From an uncultured Gemmatimonadales bacterium (GTDB lineage: Bacteria > Gemmatimonadota > Gemmatimonadetes > Gemmatimonadales > GWC2-71-9), in the NCBI GenBank assembly GCA_963844035.1, contig CAWJMT010000004.1, positions 391,566 to 455,565 on the forward strand: DNA of 64,000 nucleotides, read 5' to 3'. Shown in pieces: positions 30,635-42,681 of the stretch; the first letter of the stretch is position 1, and the number at the start of each line of letters is the position of its first letter. The notes under the pieces were generated by a model. It searched no databases, had not been told where the DNA came from, and saw only the letters and a list, made by a program, of their open reading frames with translations. Position numbers and translations under genes: made by a program.

Positions 30635-32170
30635 ATGGGTTTAGAAGAACTAGAAAAAAAAAGGAAAGAACATAGTCTAGGAGGAGGAATGGAAAAACAG
30701 AAACAACGAAAACAAAAAGGTAAATTGAATGCATTTGAACGAATGAATTTATTATTTGATTCAGAATCGTTTGTAGAAATAGATCCTTTTGTTACACATG
30801 AGTGTTTTGATTTTGGAATGGATAGTAAAAAGATTTTAGGAGATGGAGTTGTTACAGGATATGGTTTAATTAATAGTAGATTGGCTTACGCTTTTTCTCA
30901 TGATTTTACCGTATTTGGTGGATCTTTAAGTCTGTCATTTGCACATAAAGTATGTAAAATCATGGATTTAGCATTAAAACAAGGAGTTCCGATAATAGGA
31001 ATAAATGATTCAGGTGGAGCTAGGATTCAAGAAGGAGTAGCAAGTCTTGGGGGATACGCTGATATTTTTCATAGAAACGTAAAAGCATCTGGTGTTGTTC
31101 CACAAATCTCCCTTATTATGGGCCCATGTGCTGGTGGAGCTGTATATTCTCCAGCAATAACGGATTTTATAATTATGAATCGATCATCATTTATGTTTGT
31201 GACAGGACCTGAGGTTGTTAAAGAGGTAACTAATGAAAAGGTTAGTTTCGATGATTTAGGTGGTGCACAAATTCATAATGAAAAGAGCGGTATTGCTCAT
31301 TTTTTAGCAGAAGATGAACAAGGATGCTTTAGAATACTTCATAAACTTTTATCATATATTCCCTCCAATAACTTGGAAATTCCACCAATAATGGATACTA
31401 AAGACAACCCTACAAGAGAAAATGAGGAGCTAAATTATATTCTTCCGTCTAGTTCTACTAAACCATATGATATGGAATCACTCATTAAAAAATTTATAGA
31501 TAATGGTGAATTTTTGGAAGTTCAGAAATATTGGGCAAGAAATATAATTATAGGTTTTGCTAGACTTGATGGAAATTCAGTAGGAATAGTTGCAAATAAT
31601 CCAGAAGTATTAGCGGGAGTTTTAGATATCAATGCTTGTGACAAAGCAACTAGATTTGTAAGATTTTGTGACTGTTTTAATATTCCATTAATAGCCTTGG
31701 TAGATGTACCTGGTTTTTTACCTGGTACTAATCAGGAATGGGGAGGTATTATTAGACATGGAGCAAAACTTCTATATGCATTTTCAGAGGCAACGGTAGC
31801 CAAACTCACTGTAATTATTAGAAAAGCATATGGTGGGGCATATGATGTAATGAATAGCAAACATATTGGAGCTGACTATAATTTTGCTTGGCCAAACGCA
31901 GAGATAGCAGTTATGGGTCCTGAAGGAGCATGTGATATAATATTCAAAACAGAAATTGCTACTTCCCTCAAACCTAATGAAAAAAAAACAGAATTAGTAG
32001 AACAATATAGAAAAAAATTTTCAAACCCCTACATTGCGGCTTCAAAAGGATATATTGATGATGTAATAGAACCAAAAGACACCAGAAGAAGGTTAATTTC
32101 TGCTCTTAAATCAATAAATAGAAAAAGAGAAGAAGGTCCTAAAAGGAAGCATGGTAATATACCAGTATAA
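30635..32170 (+). CDS. Acyl-CoA carboxylase carboxyltransferase subunit (PccB-like)
   Basis: GDGVVTG, DSGGARIQEG, GPCAGGAVYSPA, RKAYGGAY and KRKHGNIP motifs. Confidence 0.93.
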   Translation: MGLEELEKKRKEHSLGGGMEKQKQRKQKGKLNAFERMNLLFDSESFVEIDPFVTHECFDFGMDSKKILGDGVVTGYGLINSRLAYAFSHDFTVFGGSLSLSFAHKVCKIMDLALKQGVPIIGINDSGGARIQEGVASLGGYADIFHRNVKASGVVPQISLIMGPCAGGAVYSPAITDFIIMNRSSFMFVTGPEVVKEVTNEKVSFDDLGGAQIHNEKSGIAHFLAEDEQGCFRILHKLLSYIPSNNLEIPPIMDTKDNPTRENEELNYILPSSSTKPYDMESLIKKFIDNGEFLEVQKYWARNIIIGFARLDGNSVGIVANNPEVLAGVLDINACDKATRFVRFCDCFNIPLIALVDVPGFLPGTNQEWGGIIRHGAKLLYAFSEATVAKLTVIIRKAYGGAYDVMNSKHIGADYNFAWPNAEIAVMGPEGACDIIFKTEIATSLKPNEKKTELVEQYRKKFSNPYIAASKGYIDDVIEPKDTRRRLISALKSINRKREEGPKRKHGNIPV

Positions 32171-32553
32171 TTTTAGCTTTCTTTATAAACTTGTAGAAAA
32201 GAATAAATGTGATTATCCAAATTGTATATTTATTGTTATAGTAAAATTATTTATTTCTTTTCATAAATAAATTTGAGACTAATTAATTTTGTAATGTTTG
32301 AATGTAATTAGTATTTCATATTAATAGATATATTAATTGAATATTTTTAAATTATTAATTAAAGATTTTTATTTTCAAACTGTATATCAAGAGAAGATGT
32401 GATATATCAAAGTATTTACAATTTAGATAGTAAAATTAATTTTATTTCATATTTTGACTTTATTATTAACTATTGAAGCAATATTGCATAGATTTGAAAG
32501 TAATAAAAAAAATCTATTTATTGAATATTTAAAGATTTTTAATTATTGCTTAT

Positions 32554-33025
32554 TTATTTTGTAACTAAAACAGGACAATTTGCGTATGTGACTACGCCAG
32601 AAGCAGTACTTCCTAATAGTAGTTTTTTAATTCCTGATCTTCCTCTAGTACCTATTACTATTAAATCAATACTTTCTTGTTGGGCGTATTGTATTACTTC
32701 ACCATAAACGGCTACTCCTGTTAATATAACTTTCAGTAGATATTTTGATATTTGAATTTTCCTCCTTAACCATATCTTCTATTCGTTTAAACCAATTTTT
32801 AGACTCTTTTTTTGCATTCTCGATAATCATATCAATTTGTTTAGGTGTTACTAAGCCTGTCAAATTAGCATATTCAGATTTAGAAGGAGAGACTACGACA
32901 TACAGAACAATAATTTCTGACTGAAATTTATCAGCAATGTTACTTGCTATACGAGCTGCATGAAAAGAGGGTTCAGAGCCATCTATAGGAACAAGTATTT
33001 TTGAAAATAATGGATTGATTGACAT
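32554..33025 (-). CDS. Universal stress protein (frameshift ~32720)
   Basis: KILVPIDGS; IVIGTRGRSGIKKLLLGSTASGVVTYANCPVLV. Confidence 0.88.
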
Positions 33026-33321
33026 GAGAATTGTTTAAGATTCTCAGTTAAATAAGTCTATATAGGAGTAAAAGAAGGATTTGTGATTAAATATTTTATA
33101 TATTATCAATCTTAATGTTTATAAATAAACTTATAAATTAAATCGACTAGACTACAAACAAAAATCCATTCATTGCTATGTCAGACAAAATTATCATGAA
33201 ATATTTATTTGGATTATGAACACTTATCAATTACTATTACCTAACACTATTTTATCTTCTTATTTCCTTTATTTTGATAATAATATAAAAAGATTTAAGT
33301 TCATTATCTCATAACTCAATA

Positions 33322-34805
33322 TTGCAAAAAATTCTAATAGCTAATAGGGGAGAGATCGTAATAAGAATTGCCAAAACTTGCAAAAAACTAAATTTATGTC
33401 CATATGGGATTTATTCTGATGTAAATCGAAATTCTCTACATATAAAACATTGTAAAGATGCAATTAATATAGGAGGTCGTCTTCCACAGGAAAGTTATCT
33501 TGATATTGTCAAAATTATTGAAGCTGCTAAAAAATTAGATTGTGATTCAATTCATCCCGGCTATGGATTTCTTTCGGAGAATCAGAATTTTGCAAAGATT
33601 TGCAAACGAGAAGGAATTATTTTTATAGGTCCTTCAATAGAAGCGATGGGCTTGACAGGAGACAAAGTAAAAGCAAAAAAAATAGCGTCAACGGTGGCGC
33701 CAGTGATTGAGGGACGAGAGGTATCAAATGAAAGAGATGCTTTGAGTTTATCTACAAATATAGGATTTCCAGTAATATTAAAAGCGGTAGAAGGAGGTGG
33801 AGGACGAGGATTAAGAGTAGTCAAAACAATTGATGAGTTAAAACAAGCATTTGTGTCTGCTAAAAAGGAATCTCTATTAGGTTTTGGTTCAGATAGAATT
33901 TATATTGAAAAATATATTGAAAACCCTAGACATATTGAAGTACAAATACTATCAGATAAGTCAACCATTTTACATCTTGGAGAGCGAGAGTGTTCTATTC
34001 AACGACGTCATCAAAAACTAATTGAAGAGACACCTTCTCCTGCATTATCGGATGATAAACGAAATCAGATAACAGAAATTGCGAAAAATATAATCAAAGA
34101 ATTGGAATACGATAACGCAGGAACAGTAGAATTCCTATTTAAAAATGGTGAATTCTATTTTATGGAGGTCAATGCCAGAATTCAAGTAGAACATCCAATC
34201 ACAGAGGTAGTAACTGGAATAGATATAGTAGAACAACAAATTCACATAGCAACAGGCGATGGACTATTAATAAATCAAAATGATATAAGTTTTAAAGGAC
34301 ATGCAATAGAATGTAGAATAAATGCAGAACATCCTCTAAGCTTGTTCCTTATCCAGGAATTGTTAAAAAATTTATCCCTCCGGAAGGAACAAATATCAGA
34401 GTGGATACAGCATTATATACAGGTTATTCCATACCTATTTTTTATGATTCCCTTATTTCAAAATTAATATGCTTTGGTAGTAGTAGAAATGAAGCAATTG
34501 AAAAAATGAAGAATTCACTTTTAACATTTAGGATTTCCGGAATTCCATCAACTATACCATTCCATATATCTGCGTTGAACGATAAACGTTTTATCGATGG
34601 AAAATACGATACCTCTTTTATTGACAAAATGAAAACTTTTTCAGATAAAAAAGGAGAGATTGCAGCCGCGATTTTTGCTGAGGTACCAAAGAAACTTCAA
34701 TTTTTAAAAACTGATGAAAAAATTAACGAAGACAAATGGCTGAAAAATAGATTAGATTGGATTTCTAAATATGATATCGAGAGAAATCTATCAGTATGGG
34801 GATAG
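33322..34805 (+). CDS. accC: Biotin carboxylase subunit (frameshift ~34340)
   Basis: ILIANRGEI, HPGYGFLSEN, GGGGRG, CSIQRRHQK, EVNARIQVEHP and YDSLISKLI motifs. Confidence 0.92.
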
Positions 34806-34809
34806 TAAT

Positions 34810-35241
34810 ATGAAAATACAAGTTAACGATACTACTTATGACGTTGAGGTTAACGGTGAGATCATAATACTGGATGGAAAAGAGATCGACGTAAATTTAA
34901 GTGATGATAAAATTACAATTGAAGGACATATTTTTAACATTGATTTTACTGAAGAGGGTAACCCTTCTACAATGATTATAAATGGAATGTTATATTTAGT
35001 TTCTAGGGAAAATTCAATATATTCATTAGTTAATGAAATAAAGACACCTATGCATGGAAAAATTATAGAAATTTTGGTAAATGAAGGAGATTTGGTTAAT
35101 TATGATCAAATTCTGGTAGTCTTAGAAGCAATGAAAATGCAAAATCAAATAAGATCACCAAGGAAAGGAACAATAAGAAGTATTAAAATTGTTAAAGATC
35201 AATCTGTAAAGTTAGGTGATATTCTGTTAACCTTTGAATAG
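34810..35241 (+). CDS. Biotin carboxyl carrier protein
   Basis: PMHGKI and EAMKM biotinylation motif. Confidence 0.92.
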   Translation: MKIQVNDTTYDVEVNGEIIILDGKEIDVNLSDDKITIEGHIFNIDFTEEGNPSTMIINGMLYLVSRENSIYSLVNEIKTPMHGKIIEILVNEGDLVNYDQILVVLEAMKMQNQIRSPRKGTIRSIKIVKDQSVKLGDILLTFE

Positions 35242-35566
35242 ATAGAGATAAGAGGTAACTGAGAATTACCTCCTTCTAAAAATACTATTTATTTTAAATT
35301 ATATTTATTAATATCTATAAATAGATTCTTGAAAGAAATGTAGAATATTCTTCCATATTTTTTTTAAAATTATTCTCTCAATATTTGAGGTTTTTAAATA
35401 TCTATTATATTGAATATTTATATTTCGCTAGTATTTACAGTATCATTTATTGATAGATTTTTTATATAGTCAAAATACATATAGATATATTAATAATTAT
35501 AATTCGAGGTCAATTTATTATTTTATGGTTTCCTCTCTTATTAAGAATGATACTTTCTAATTTTTT

Positions 35567-35983
35567 TTATTTTACAATTATTACAGTACATTTTGAGTAA
35601 TGTGCAACCTTGTAAGAAGTACTACCTAATAGAAATTGTTCTAATGGTTTTCGTCCTTTAGTACCAACTATAATTATATCTACTTTTTCTGTTTCTGCAA
35701 TATCTAAGATTTTTTCCGCGGGACTATTTCCTTGATCTTCCATAATTCTTATTGAAGATTTTAATCCCTTAGTCTCTGCATTTGTTATATATTTTTGTAA
35801 GATTATCTGACTATCTTGTTTTAACTGGTTGATATTAGAATATCCTATATTACCAAAATTCTCAATAATATGTACTATAAGTAATTGTTGTTTAGGATTC
35901 TGAATCATATTGGCTGCAAATTCAAATGCCCTGTCACTATATTTAGAACCGTCCACACCAACAAGGATTTTTGATATTTTCAA
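35567..35983 (-). CDS. Universal stress protein
   Basis: KILVGVDGS, IIVGTKG and LLGSTS motifs. Confidence 0.9.
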   Translation of the reverse strand: MKISKILVGVDGSKYSDRAFEFAANMIQNPKQQLLIVHIIENFGNIGYSNINQLKQDSQIILQKYITNAETKGLKSSIRIMEDQGNSPAEKILDIAETEKVDIIIVGTKGRKPLEQFLLGSTSYKVAHYSKCTVIIVK

Positions 35984-36159
35984 TATTTGTTATATTAAAT
36001 ATGATCCTTTTATTTTTTTATTTTGGAAAAAATTTAACAAATCATAGTTGCTAAATCTATTGCTAGATAGTTCAAAACATATTTTGAGTTATTCTTATAA
36101 CATAAGTATATTATGAATTTTTAAAAAGAATAATACTATATAAAATTTTAGGCAATTTA

Positions 36160-36321
36160 TTGAATTATTGATGCTTTAGAAGTATTACGTAGACTTAAAC
36201 CAATAAAATATGGATAAAGAGAGTACATTACAAGAACAGTAGGTTTTTTCTTAAATCTAATTTTCATAACATGAATGGAATATTCCTAGCTATAGCTTTT
36301 ACTGCTTAACTTAACAGAGCC
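36160..36321 (-). mobile_element. IS6-family left-end remnant
   Basis: TIR GGCTCTGTTAAGTTAA on the minus strand, followed by degenerate MKIRF...MYSLY.YF.GLSLRNTSKA. Confidence 0.8.
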
Positions 36322-36560
36322 ATACATATATTTTAAGGCAATTCCTATTATTGAATTCAATTTCTCAATCATTTGAGATATAATTAATACTAAATAAAAA
36401 ATATCCAATATAGCCAAAAAACCAAGATATTGATTTCATGATAGTTTTTTGTAATTAGATACTATGCTATTCTGACTTATTTACTCTATAAGAATAACAT
36501 GTAATGAATAATTAATAATGGATACATTTTCTATAAGAAATTCTATTTATAGTACTTGAA

Positions 36561-37949
36561 TTACTCAACTTTATTCAATACTTCTATTCCAGGCATTTCA
36601 TCACCTGCCAAGAACCTAAGTGTTGCGCCTCCTCCTGTGGATACATGTGTCACTTCCAATTCTGAAACTTCTGCTTTTTTTAATGCATCAAGTGTATCTC
36701 CTCCTCCAATTATCGTCTTTGATCCCCTCCAAAAAGCCAAAGCCATACTTTTAGCAATATTATTAGTTCCATTTCTAAAAAGTCCAATTTCAAACATGCC
36801 CATTGGTCCAATCCAGACAATCATCCCATGTCTATTTTGACTTATCATTGATGAATATTGTTGTACTGTTTCAATTCCTATATCTACCCCTAATAAGCCA
36901 TCTTGTATGTTACCTTTATTGAGAGATACTGAGGATGAAGGTGATGATGCTAAAGATAGTGATGGTGTCGGAGCGGATAGGGGATCGACTTTAGAATTGT
37001 CATTTCCTTCCTTCTTCTTTTCTTTGATACTTGATTCTTCTTCTTTGAGTTTTAAAAAAGATTGTGATGTAACTATATGATCAGTAGGAAGAAATATTTT
37101 ATCACGATACATCAATAATGCTTTTTTTACCCATTGAAAATGATCATTATCTATTGGTGATTCTCCAGTCCTAACTCCATTAGCATTTAAAAATGTATAT
37201 GCCATTGCTCCACCGACAAGTACTTTGTCTACTTTTGGAAGTAAATTCTCTAAAGCATCTATCTTGTCTTTGATTTTTGACCCACCGATTACTAATATAA
37301 ACGGTTTTAGAGGATCTTCTTTTACCATTGAGAGATACTCCAATTCTTTCTTGAGATTTAATCCAGCCAATTTTTTATCAAAAAGTCTTGCTGCCCCATA
37401 GATAGAGGCATGTTTTCTATGCGATACACTAAAAGCATCGTTTACATAAATATCTGCTAATGATGCCAACTCTTTTGAAAAATTATAATCATTTAATTCC
37501 TCTCCACTATGGAATCGAAGATTTTCAAGTAAAAGAATGTCACTTCTTTCCATTTTAGCAATTTCTTTCTGAACCGATGGACCAATACAATTGTCAATAA
37601 ATGATACGTTATAGATCTCTATAAGTTCAGATAGTCTTTTTGCTACAGGGGCCAATGAAAACTCCTTTATAATATCCATATCCATATCTGTACATGATGT
37701 AGAGTATTGTTGAATTTTACCATCTTTTTTGTACTCTTCTCTTTTATTTGGTCTTCCTAAATGAGATATCAATATCAATTTCGCACTTCTTTTTACAAGG
37801 TATTCAATAGTTGGAATTGTCATCCTTATTCTGTAATCTTCACCAATTTCATTGTCTTTTCCAATGGTAACGTTAAAGTCAACTCTCATCAATACTTTTT
37901 TACCATAATAATCTAAATCATCTAAATTTGAAAGGGTTTTTAATAACAA
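36561..37949 (-). CDS. pgk: Phosphoglycerate kinase with low-complexity insertions
   Basis: RVDFNV, SHLGRP, LLENLRF, YVNDAF, GGSKIKDKI, GGGDT and HVSTGGGA motifs. Confidence 0.93.
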   Translation of the reverse strand: MLLKTLSNLDDLDYYGKKVLMRVDFNVTIGKDNEIGEDYRIRMTIPTIEYLVKRSAKLILISHLGRPNKREEYKKDGKIQQYSTSCTDMDMDIIKEFSLAPVAKRLSELIEIYNVSFIDNCIGPSVQKEIAKMERSDILLLENLRFHSGEELNDYNFSKELASLADIYVNDAFSVSHRKHASIYGAARLFDKKLAGLNLKKELEYLSMVKEDPLKPFILVIGGSKIKDKIDALENLLPKVDKVLVGGAMAYTFLNANGVRTGESPIDNDHFQWVKKALLMYRDKIFLPTDHIVTSQSFLKLKEEESSIKEKKKEGNDNSKVDPLSAPTPSLSLASSPSSSVSLNKGNIQDGLLGVDIGIETVQQYSSMISQNRHGMIVWIGPMGMFEIGLFRNGTNNIAKSMALAFWRGSKTIIGGGDTLDALKKAEVSELEVTHVSTGGGATLRFLAGDEMPGIEVLNKVE

Positions 37950-38276
37950 GTGTATATCTCTTCCTACTTATTACTGATTTTTAGATTAAATAAGTTATGT
38001 TTTGTGATACTGAAAATGATTGTTATAGTCATTATTCATATCATCAGTACGAATCACCAATTTGGTCGTCTTATTTGATACAACTTGATTAAATTTTTAA
38101 CTAAATCTTTAGTATTTATATGTACTAAAGCAAATCATCAACCAAAGTTTGTAAAATCATGCACCACTTAACTAAGTAAAAAAGTAAACAAGAGTTTTAA
38201 AAGTAAATCGTATTCAACCTCATATTGAAGTATCTTTTATATCATATCAAATGGATTAAAAGTGGATCTATCTACA

Positions 38277-38546
38277 ATGAAGTTTGTTACAAAAGCAGAT
38301 GGAAGTAAAGTGCCTCTAGATTTAGAAAAAGTCAAAAAAACATGTATTAGAGCAGGATGTAGTATTAAATTAGCTAATGAAATTGTAAAAATAATTTTAG
38401 AAAAAATCTATAATGAAATAAGTACTAGAAAAATATATAATATGATACTAGAAACATTATCAAAACGAGGTCTTACTAAAGTAAAATATAGATATCACTT
38501 AGAAGAAGTTCGTGACCATATTTTTGAAACTATTTATAAATCTTAA
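38277..38546 (+). CDS. Stand-alone ATP-cone domain protein
   Basis: VTKADGSKVPLD..KV...C.RAG and ISTRKI motifs. Confidence 0.8.
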   Translation: MKFVTKADGSKVPLDLEKVKKTCIRAGCSIKLANEIVKIILEKIYNEISTRKIYNMILETLSKRGLTKVKYRYHLEEVRDHIFETIYKS

Positions 38547-38661
38547 TTATTTTTTCTTTTGATTTTATACTACAAACAACTATTCAATACTTTTATAAAA
38601 AATTATAGCTTAATCTATTTTACAATAAAAAGAAAATGATATTACTTGTAGTAATCTCTAT

Positions 38662-39024
38662 TTATTTATTAAGTTCATTCAAACTTTTAATGGCTTCATT
38701 TGTATGGTCCAGTGCAGCTTGAAAGTTGCCTTCATTCACCATTTTAATTGCAGCTTCTATTCGTTTTTCTGCATTGACTGCTCCTGGATTATCTTTTAGT
38801 TTATCTTCCATTATCTCCTCAGCATCAAATAATGTCTTTTTTGCATTTTTATCCTGATTTTCTAAGGCCGGTATAGCTTGGTTTAAGAACTTTAATTCCT
38901 CTGTAAATCCATTCTGTTGAGCAAATACATTGGTTTTTGCCATTGTAAAAATGGACAATCCAATTACAGTTATTATTACAAACACAAATTGTTGGGTTGT
39001 AAATGATTTCATAATTATCTGCAA
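38662..39024 (-). CDS. Secreted helical hypothetical protein
   Basis: Signal-like N-terminus ending VFAQ. Confidence 0.6.
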   Translation of the reverse strand: MQIIMKSFTTQQFVFVIITVIGLSIFTMAKTNVFAQQNGFTEELKFLNQAIPALENQDKNAKKTLFDAEEIMEDKLKDNPGAVNAEKRIEAAIKMVNEGNFQAALDHTNEAIKSLNELNK

Positions 39025-39124
39025 AAATAGATGATATAAAAAGAGTGATGTAACATAGTTATCAGTGTTCGTAATATTGTTACATCAATAGTTTTATGCT
39101 ATTTTTTTTATACTAGTTCAACAA

Positions 39125-39574
39125 ATGAAAATACAACATATTATAGTATTTATTCTTGCAGGAATAGTCCTATCGACTTCAATAATATACTTTATATTGG
39201 CAACAAATGAATATCAATCTTTGGTTGAATTTGCTGCAGAAGGATTGGACGGCGAAATATCTGAACTTCAAATTGAGATTGCATTGTTTACCGGATCAGG
39301 CATAATTTATTTAATATTATTAGGATGGATTTTAGTTAAAAAATTAAATACCATTGTGCCTTATACGCTTCTAATAGCCATTTCTACGGTATTAATAATT
39401 ACCTATGCATCATCTCGAACGATAGGAGTTCCTATAATTGGTATAGAATTCTATATTGGTAAATATGATATGATAACTAAAGTATTACAGGGGGTCATAA
39501 TTGCTATATCAGGATATTTGATATACAAAATAAAGACAGGTAACAAACAGGAGGAGATTCTAAGTAAGGCCTAA
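39125..39574 (+). CDS. Four-TM membrane protein
   Basis: Hydrophobic segments; SRTIGVP motif. Confidence 0.65.
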   Translation: MKIQHIIVFILAGIVLSTSIIYFILATNEYQSLVEFAAEGLDGEISELQIEIALFTGSGIIYLILLGWILVKKLNTIVPYTLLIAISTVLIITYASSRTIGVPIIGIEFYIGKYDMITKVLQGVIIAISGYLIYKIKTGNKQEEILSKA

Positions 39575-39669
39575 ACAGTAGATTAAACATCTCTTAAAAA
39601 TAATGTCCATATATTGTATATTGTAAAATATATAATACTTTATTTACCTAAAAAAATTAGGAATAATGA

Positions 39670-39981
39670 TTGGAAAAAGCAAAGAGATTCTCATCGGAAT
39701 ATACTATGTTATCCATAATAGAATATCTTTGCTTGTATTACAGAAGAACACCAATAACCAAATACCACATAATGACAAAAATTAGTGAAATCAAACAGCA
39801 ACGTCCAGATAGAATTTCTTTGATTCTAAATAAATTAGAACAAAATGGATATATCAAATCAATCGATACACCAAATGCGAAATTCTATCTTATCACAGAT
39901 AAAGGACTAGATGCTTATTTGAAATGGATAAAAGAATTTTTGACTTTTGTAAGAATGATAAATAATGAAGATGTCGATTAA
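39670..39981 (+). CDS. Winged-helix DNA-binding protein
   Basis: L..LE..GYI...YLITDKG. Confidence 0.7.
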   Translation: MEKAKRFSSEYTMLSIIEYLCLYYRRTPITKYHIMTKISEIKQQRPDRISLILNKLEQNGYIKSIDTPNAKFYLITDKGLDAYLKWIKEFLTFVRMINNEDVD

Positions 39982-40814
39982 GTTAACACATTATTCAAAT
40001 TCATTAAATCAGGATCTGTGGTAGGTTTTTCTATCAATATTAGATTTTCATTAATAATTTTATCTTTAGTTTTATTGATTAAATCATAGCTCTCCTGAGC
40101 GATACTTTCACCGATAATCAAAGCTAGTCCAACTTTATTTCCTTGTTGTTTCCTATACTTTTGCAATGAGTCCATAAAACTTCGAGTGACATCTTTATCA
40201 ATAACTCCTTCTGTGATTTTGATTAGTATGCTTCCATAGTCTTGAATGGTCGTTATTAACGAATTTGCATCTAATGGTTTGATTGTTGATTTATCGATTA
40301 TGATGTCAAAAGTAGCTCCTTCAATATTAACATCGTAAAATTCTCTATGATCTGATTTTGAAAGATAATCTTGTAATGGGATCGCAATTTGTTCAATTGT
40401 TTCTGATAATGCTATCAAAACTTCTTCTTTACTCTTGTTGTTGATTGAAAGAATTATGCCTGTCCTAATTGCATTTTTATCAAATAGATTTGACCATTTC
40501 TCCAATATTTTTTGGGACCTAAAGACTGGTCTCAATATTAAAATAGTAAATGCAATAAGAAATAAAGATGTACCAATTATAATTGCATCAATCGTTTCAT
40601 CAGATAAAATATTGATAAATCCAAGATCCATTGATAAATCAAAAATTGTCATTGTGGCAATAACAAATAGAATGATTAAAACGAATGCAATATTATTTGT
40701 AAATGATTTTATTAATCGTGCTGCCTCTGAGCTATAATGAGTAAGTAATAGAGGTGAATCATTATTGTTTATACTATCATCAGTTTTATCTCTTCTTGAT
40801 TCATTTTTTTTCAT
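39978..40814 (-). CDS. Two-TM-anchored hypothetical protein with a soluble C-terminal domain
   Basis: Two hydrophobic helices followed by an alpha/beta-like domain. Confidence 0.6.
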   Translation of the reverse strand: MKKNESRRDKTDDSINNNDSPLLLTHYSSEAARLIKSFTNNIAFVLIILFVIATMTIFDLSMDLGFINILSDETIDAIIIGTSLFLIAFTILILRPVFRSQKILEKWSNLFDKNAIRTGIILSINNKSKEEVLIALSETIEQIAIPLQDYLSKSDHREFYDVNIEGATFDIIIDKSTIKPLDANSLITTIQDYGSILIKITEGVIDKDVTRSFMDSLQKYRKQQGNKVGLALIIGESIAQESYDLINKTKDKIINENLILIEKPTTDPDLMNLNNVLT

Positions 40815-41192
40815 GAATATGATAAAATTTTATGTAACCAAATATATAAACAATGATATAACTATCTTATATAATTATACAACCTATCAAAAGATTTGAT
40901 TCAGATTGTTCTCTGTCTCTAACTGTTCAGGTGAATATTAGTCAGTAAACTATGGTGCTTCTATTATAAAATAATATAATTATTCTGAAGCAAAGGATAA
41001 ATGCAAACAAATAAAGTAAATTTTATACAATCTAAGTTATCAAAGACCGATTTATTTGACGCATTCTCAATGCTATTGGTTTAAGTTGAACTAATAATTA
41101 AAATTTTTAAGATTAGCATTGTCACTAAATTACGTGGTATGTTTCTTTAAAGATATAATGATTAATAACCTTAATATTATATTATTTCACTT

Positions 41193-41882
41193 ATGCGTTG
41201 GTCAATTGAAGATTTTGTTTATGGGGGTACAGATGGAGCAGTAACCACATTTGCGATTGTATCAGGGGCATATGGTGCCTCTTTATCTATACCAATTATA
41301 TTGATACTAGGGTTTGCTAATCTGTTTGCAGATGGTTTTTCTATGTCTATAGGAAATTACCTTTCAGGAAAGACACATAAAGAATATATTGAAAAAGAAA
41401 GAAAAAAAGAAGAATGGTCTATAGATAATCTTACTAGTGAAGAAAAAGAAGAGATAAGAGAAATTTACAAAAATAAAGGATTTAAAGATGATTTATTAGA
41501 TGATTTAGTGAAAGTTATAACTTCAAAAAGAAAAGTATGGGTAGATACTATGATGAAAGAAGAATTAGGACTGATATATGATAAAAGAGAACCAAAAGAT
41601 ACTGCTATTACTACTTTTATTGCCTTTAATCTTCTTGGAATAATCCCATTAAGTCCATTCGTAGTTATAAATATTATAGGAATTACCGATATCTCATCAA
41701 ATCATGCATTTATAATTTCTAGCGTATTTACTGCAATTTCATTTTTTTTGATTGGAATAATCAAAGGCAAAATTGTAAAAAAGTCATGGATCAAGTCAGG
41801 ATTACATACACTAGCTATTGGAGGAGTAGCTTCTGCAGTAGCTTATACAATAGGATATATTTTAAGTATCTATATTAAATAA
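41193..41882 (+). CDS. VIT1/CCC1 iron/manganese transporter
   Basis: DFVYGGTDGAVTTFA, NLFADGFSM.IGNYLS and MMKEELG motifs. Confidence 0.92.
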   Translation: MRWSIEDFVYGGTDGAVTTFAIVSGAYGASLSIPIILILGFANLFADGFSMSIGNYLSGKTHKEYIEKERKKEEWSIDNLTSEEKEEIREIYKNKGFKDDLLDDLVKVITSKRKVWVDTMMKEELGLIYDKREPKDTAITTFIAFNLLGIIPLSPFVVINIIGITDISSNHAFIISSVFTAISFFLIGIIKGKIVKKSWIKSGLHTLAIGGVASAVAYTIGYILSIYIK

Positions 41883-42008
41883 CCAATATCCATACAAACT
41901 TTTAATCCATCTTTTATTTTTATTTTTAAAGATCACTTTCGATTCAATAAATTTAAGTAACTTTCCATATAAAATGATCTTTATATTGTAGAGTTTGGTA
42001 GTAATCAA

Positions 42009-42473
42009 ATGGAAAAAAAATTATCTAAGATACTTGTTCCACTAGATGGTTCTCCTACATCGATGGAAGCAGCTGATTATGCAATTATGTTATCTACTCT
42101 ACATCACGCTCAAATAGTTTTGCTACATGTCCTAAATGTTGCAGAATATTATTCATCTTTACAATTTTTTGAAGTTAAGCAAACTATAGAATCCAAAGAG
42201 ATAATAGAGGATGCTAAAAAAGAAGCAAATAAATGGTTTAATATAGTAAAGAAAAAGATAGATGAGAAATTAGGTAAACAAATAGAACTAGAAACTTATA
42301 TTACTATTTCTCAGTCAACAGTTAAAAGTATCCTAGATTTTGCAGAAGAAAAAAATGTAGATTTAATTGTAGTAGGAACAAGAGGTCATTCGGGTATAAA
42401 AAAACTGTTGCTAGGAAGTACCGCTTCTGGAATTGTAACTTATTCTTCATGTCCTGTAATAGTTGTAAAATAA
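42009..42473 (+). CDS. Universal stress protein
   Basis: KILVPLDGS and VGTRGHSGIKKLLLGS motifs. Confidence 0.92.
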   Translation: MEKKLSKILVPLDGSPTSMEAADYAIMLSTLHHAQIVLLHVLNVAEYYSSLQFFEVKQTIESKEIIEDAKKEANKWFNIVKKKIDEKLGKQIELETYITISQSTVKSILDFAEEKNVDLIVVGTRGHSGIKKLLLGSTASGIVTYSSCPVIVVK

Positions 42474-42681
42474 ATTTGTTAAAGGAAAGAAAGCCAAGTA
42501 ATTTTTGGCTTTTCTACATAGTTGTGTATGTAAATCATCAATAAAAATTTATCAGTTATTTTCGATCTTTTATTGAATATATAGCTGAACGGTCTTTTAA
42601 AGTATATTTTTAAAACCTATTAATATTTTATTATACTATTAAAATAAAAATAATAATAACTAGTAATAACATATCTTTATT

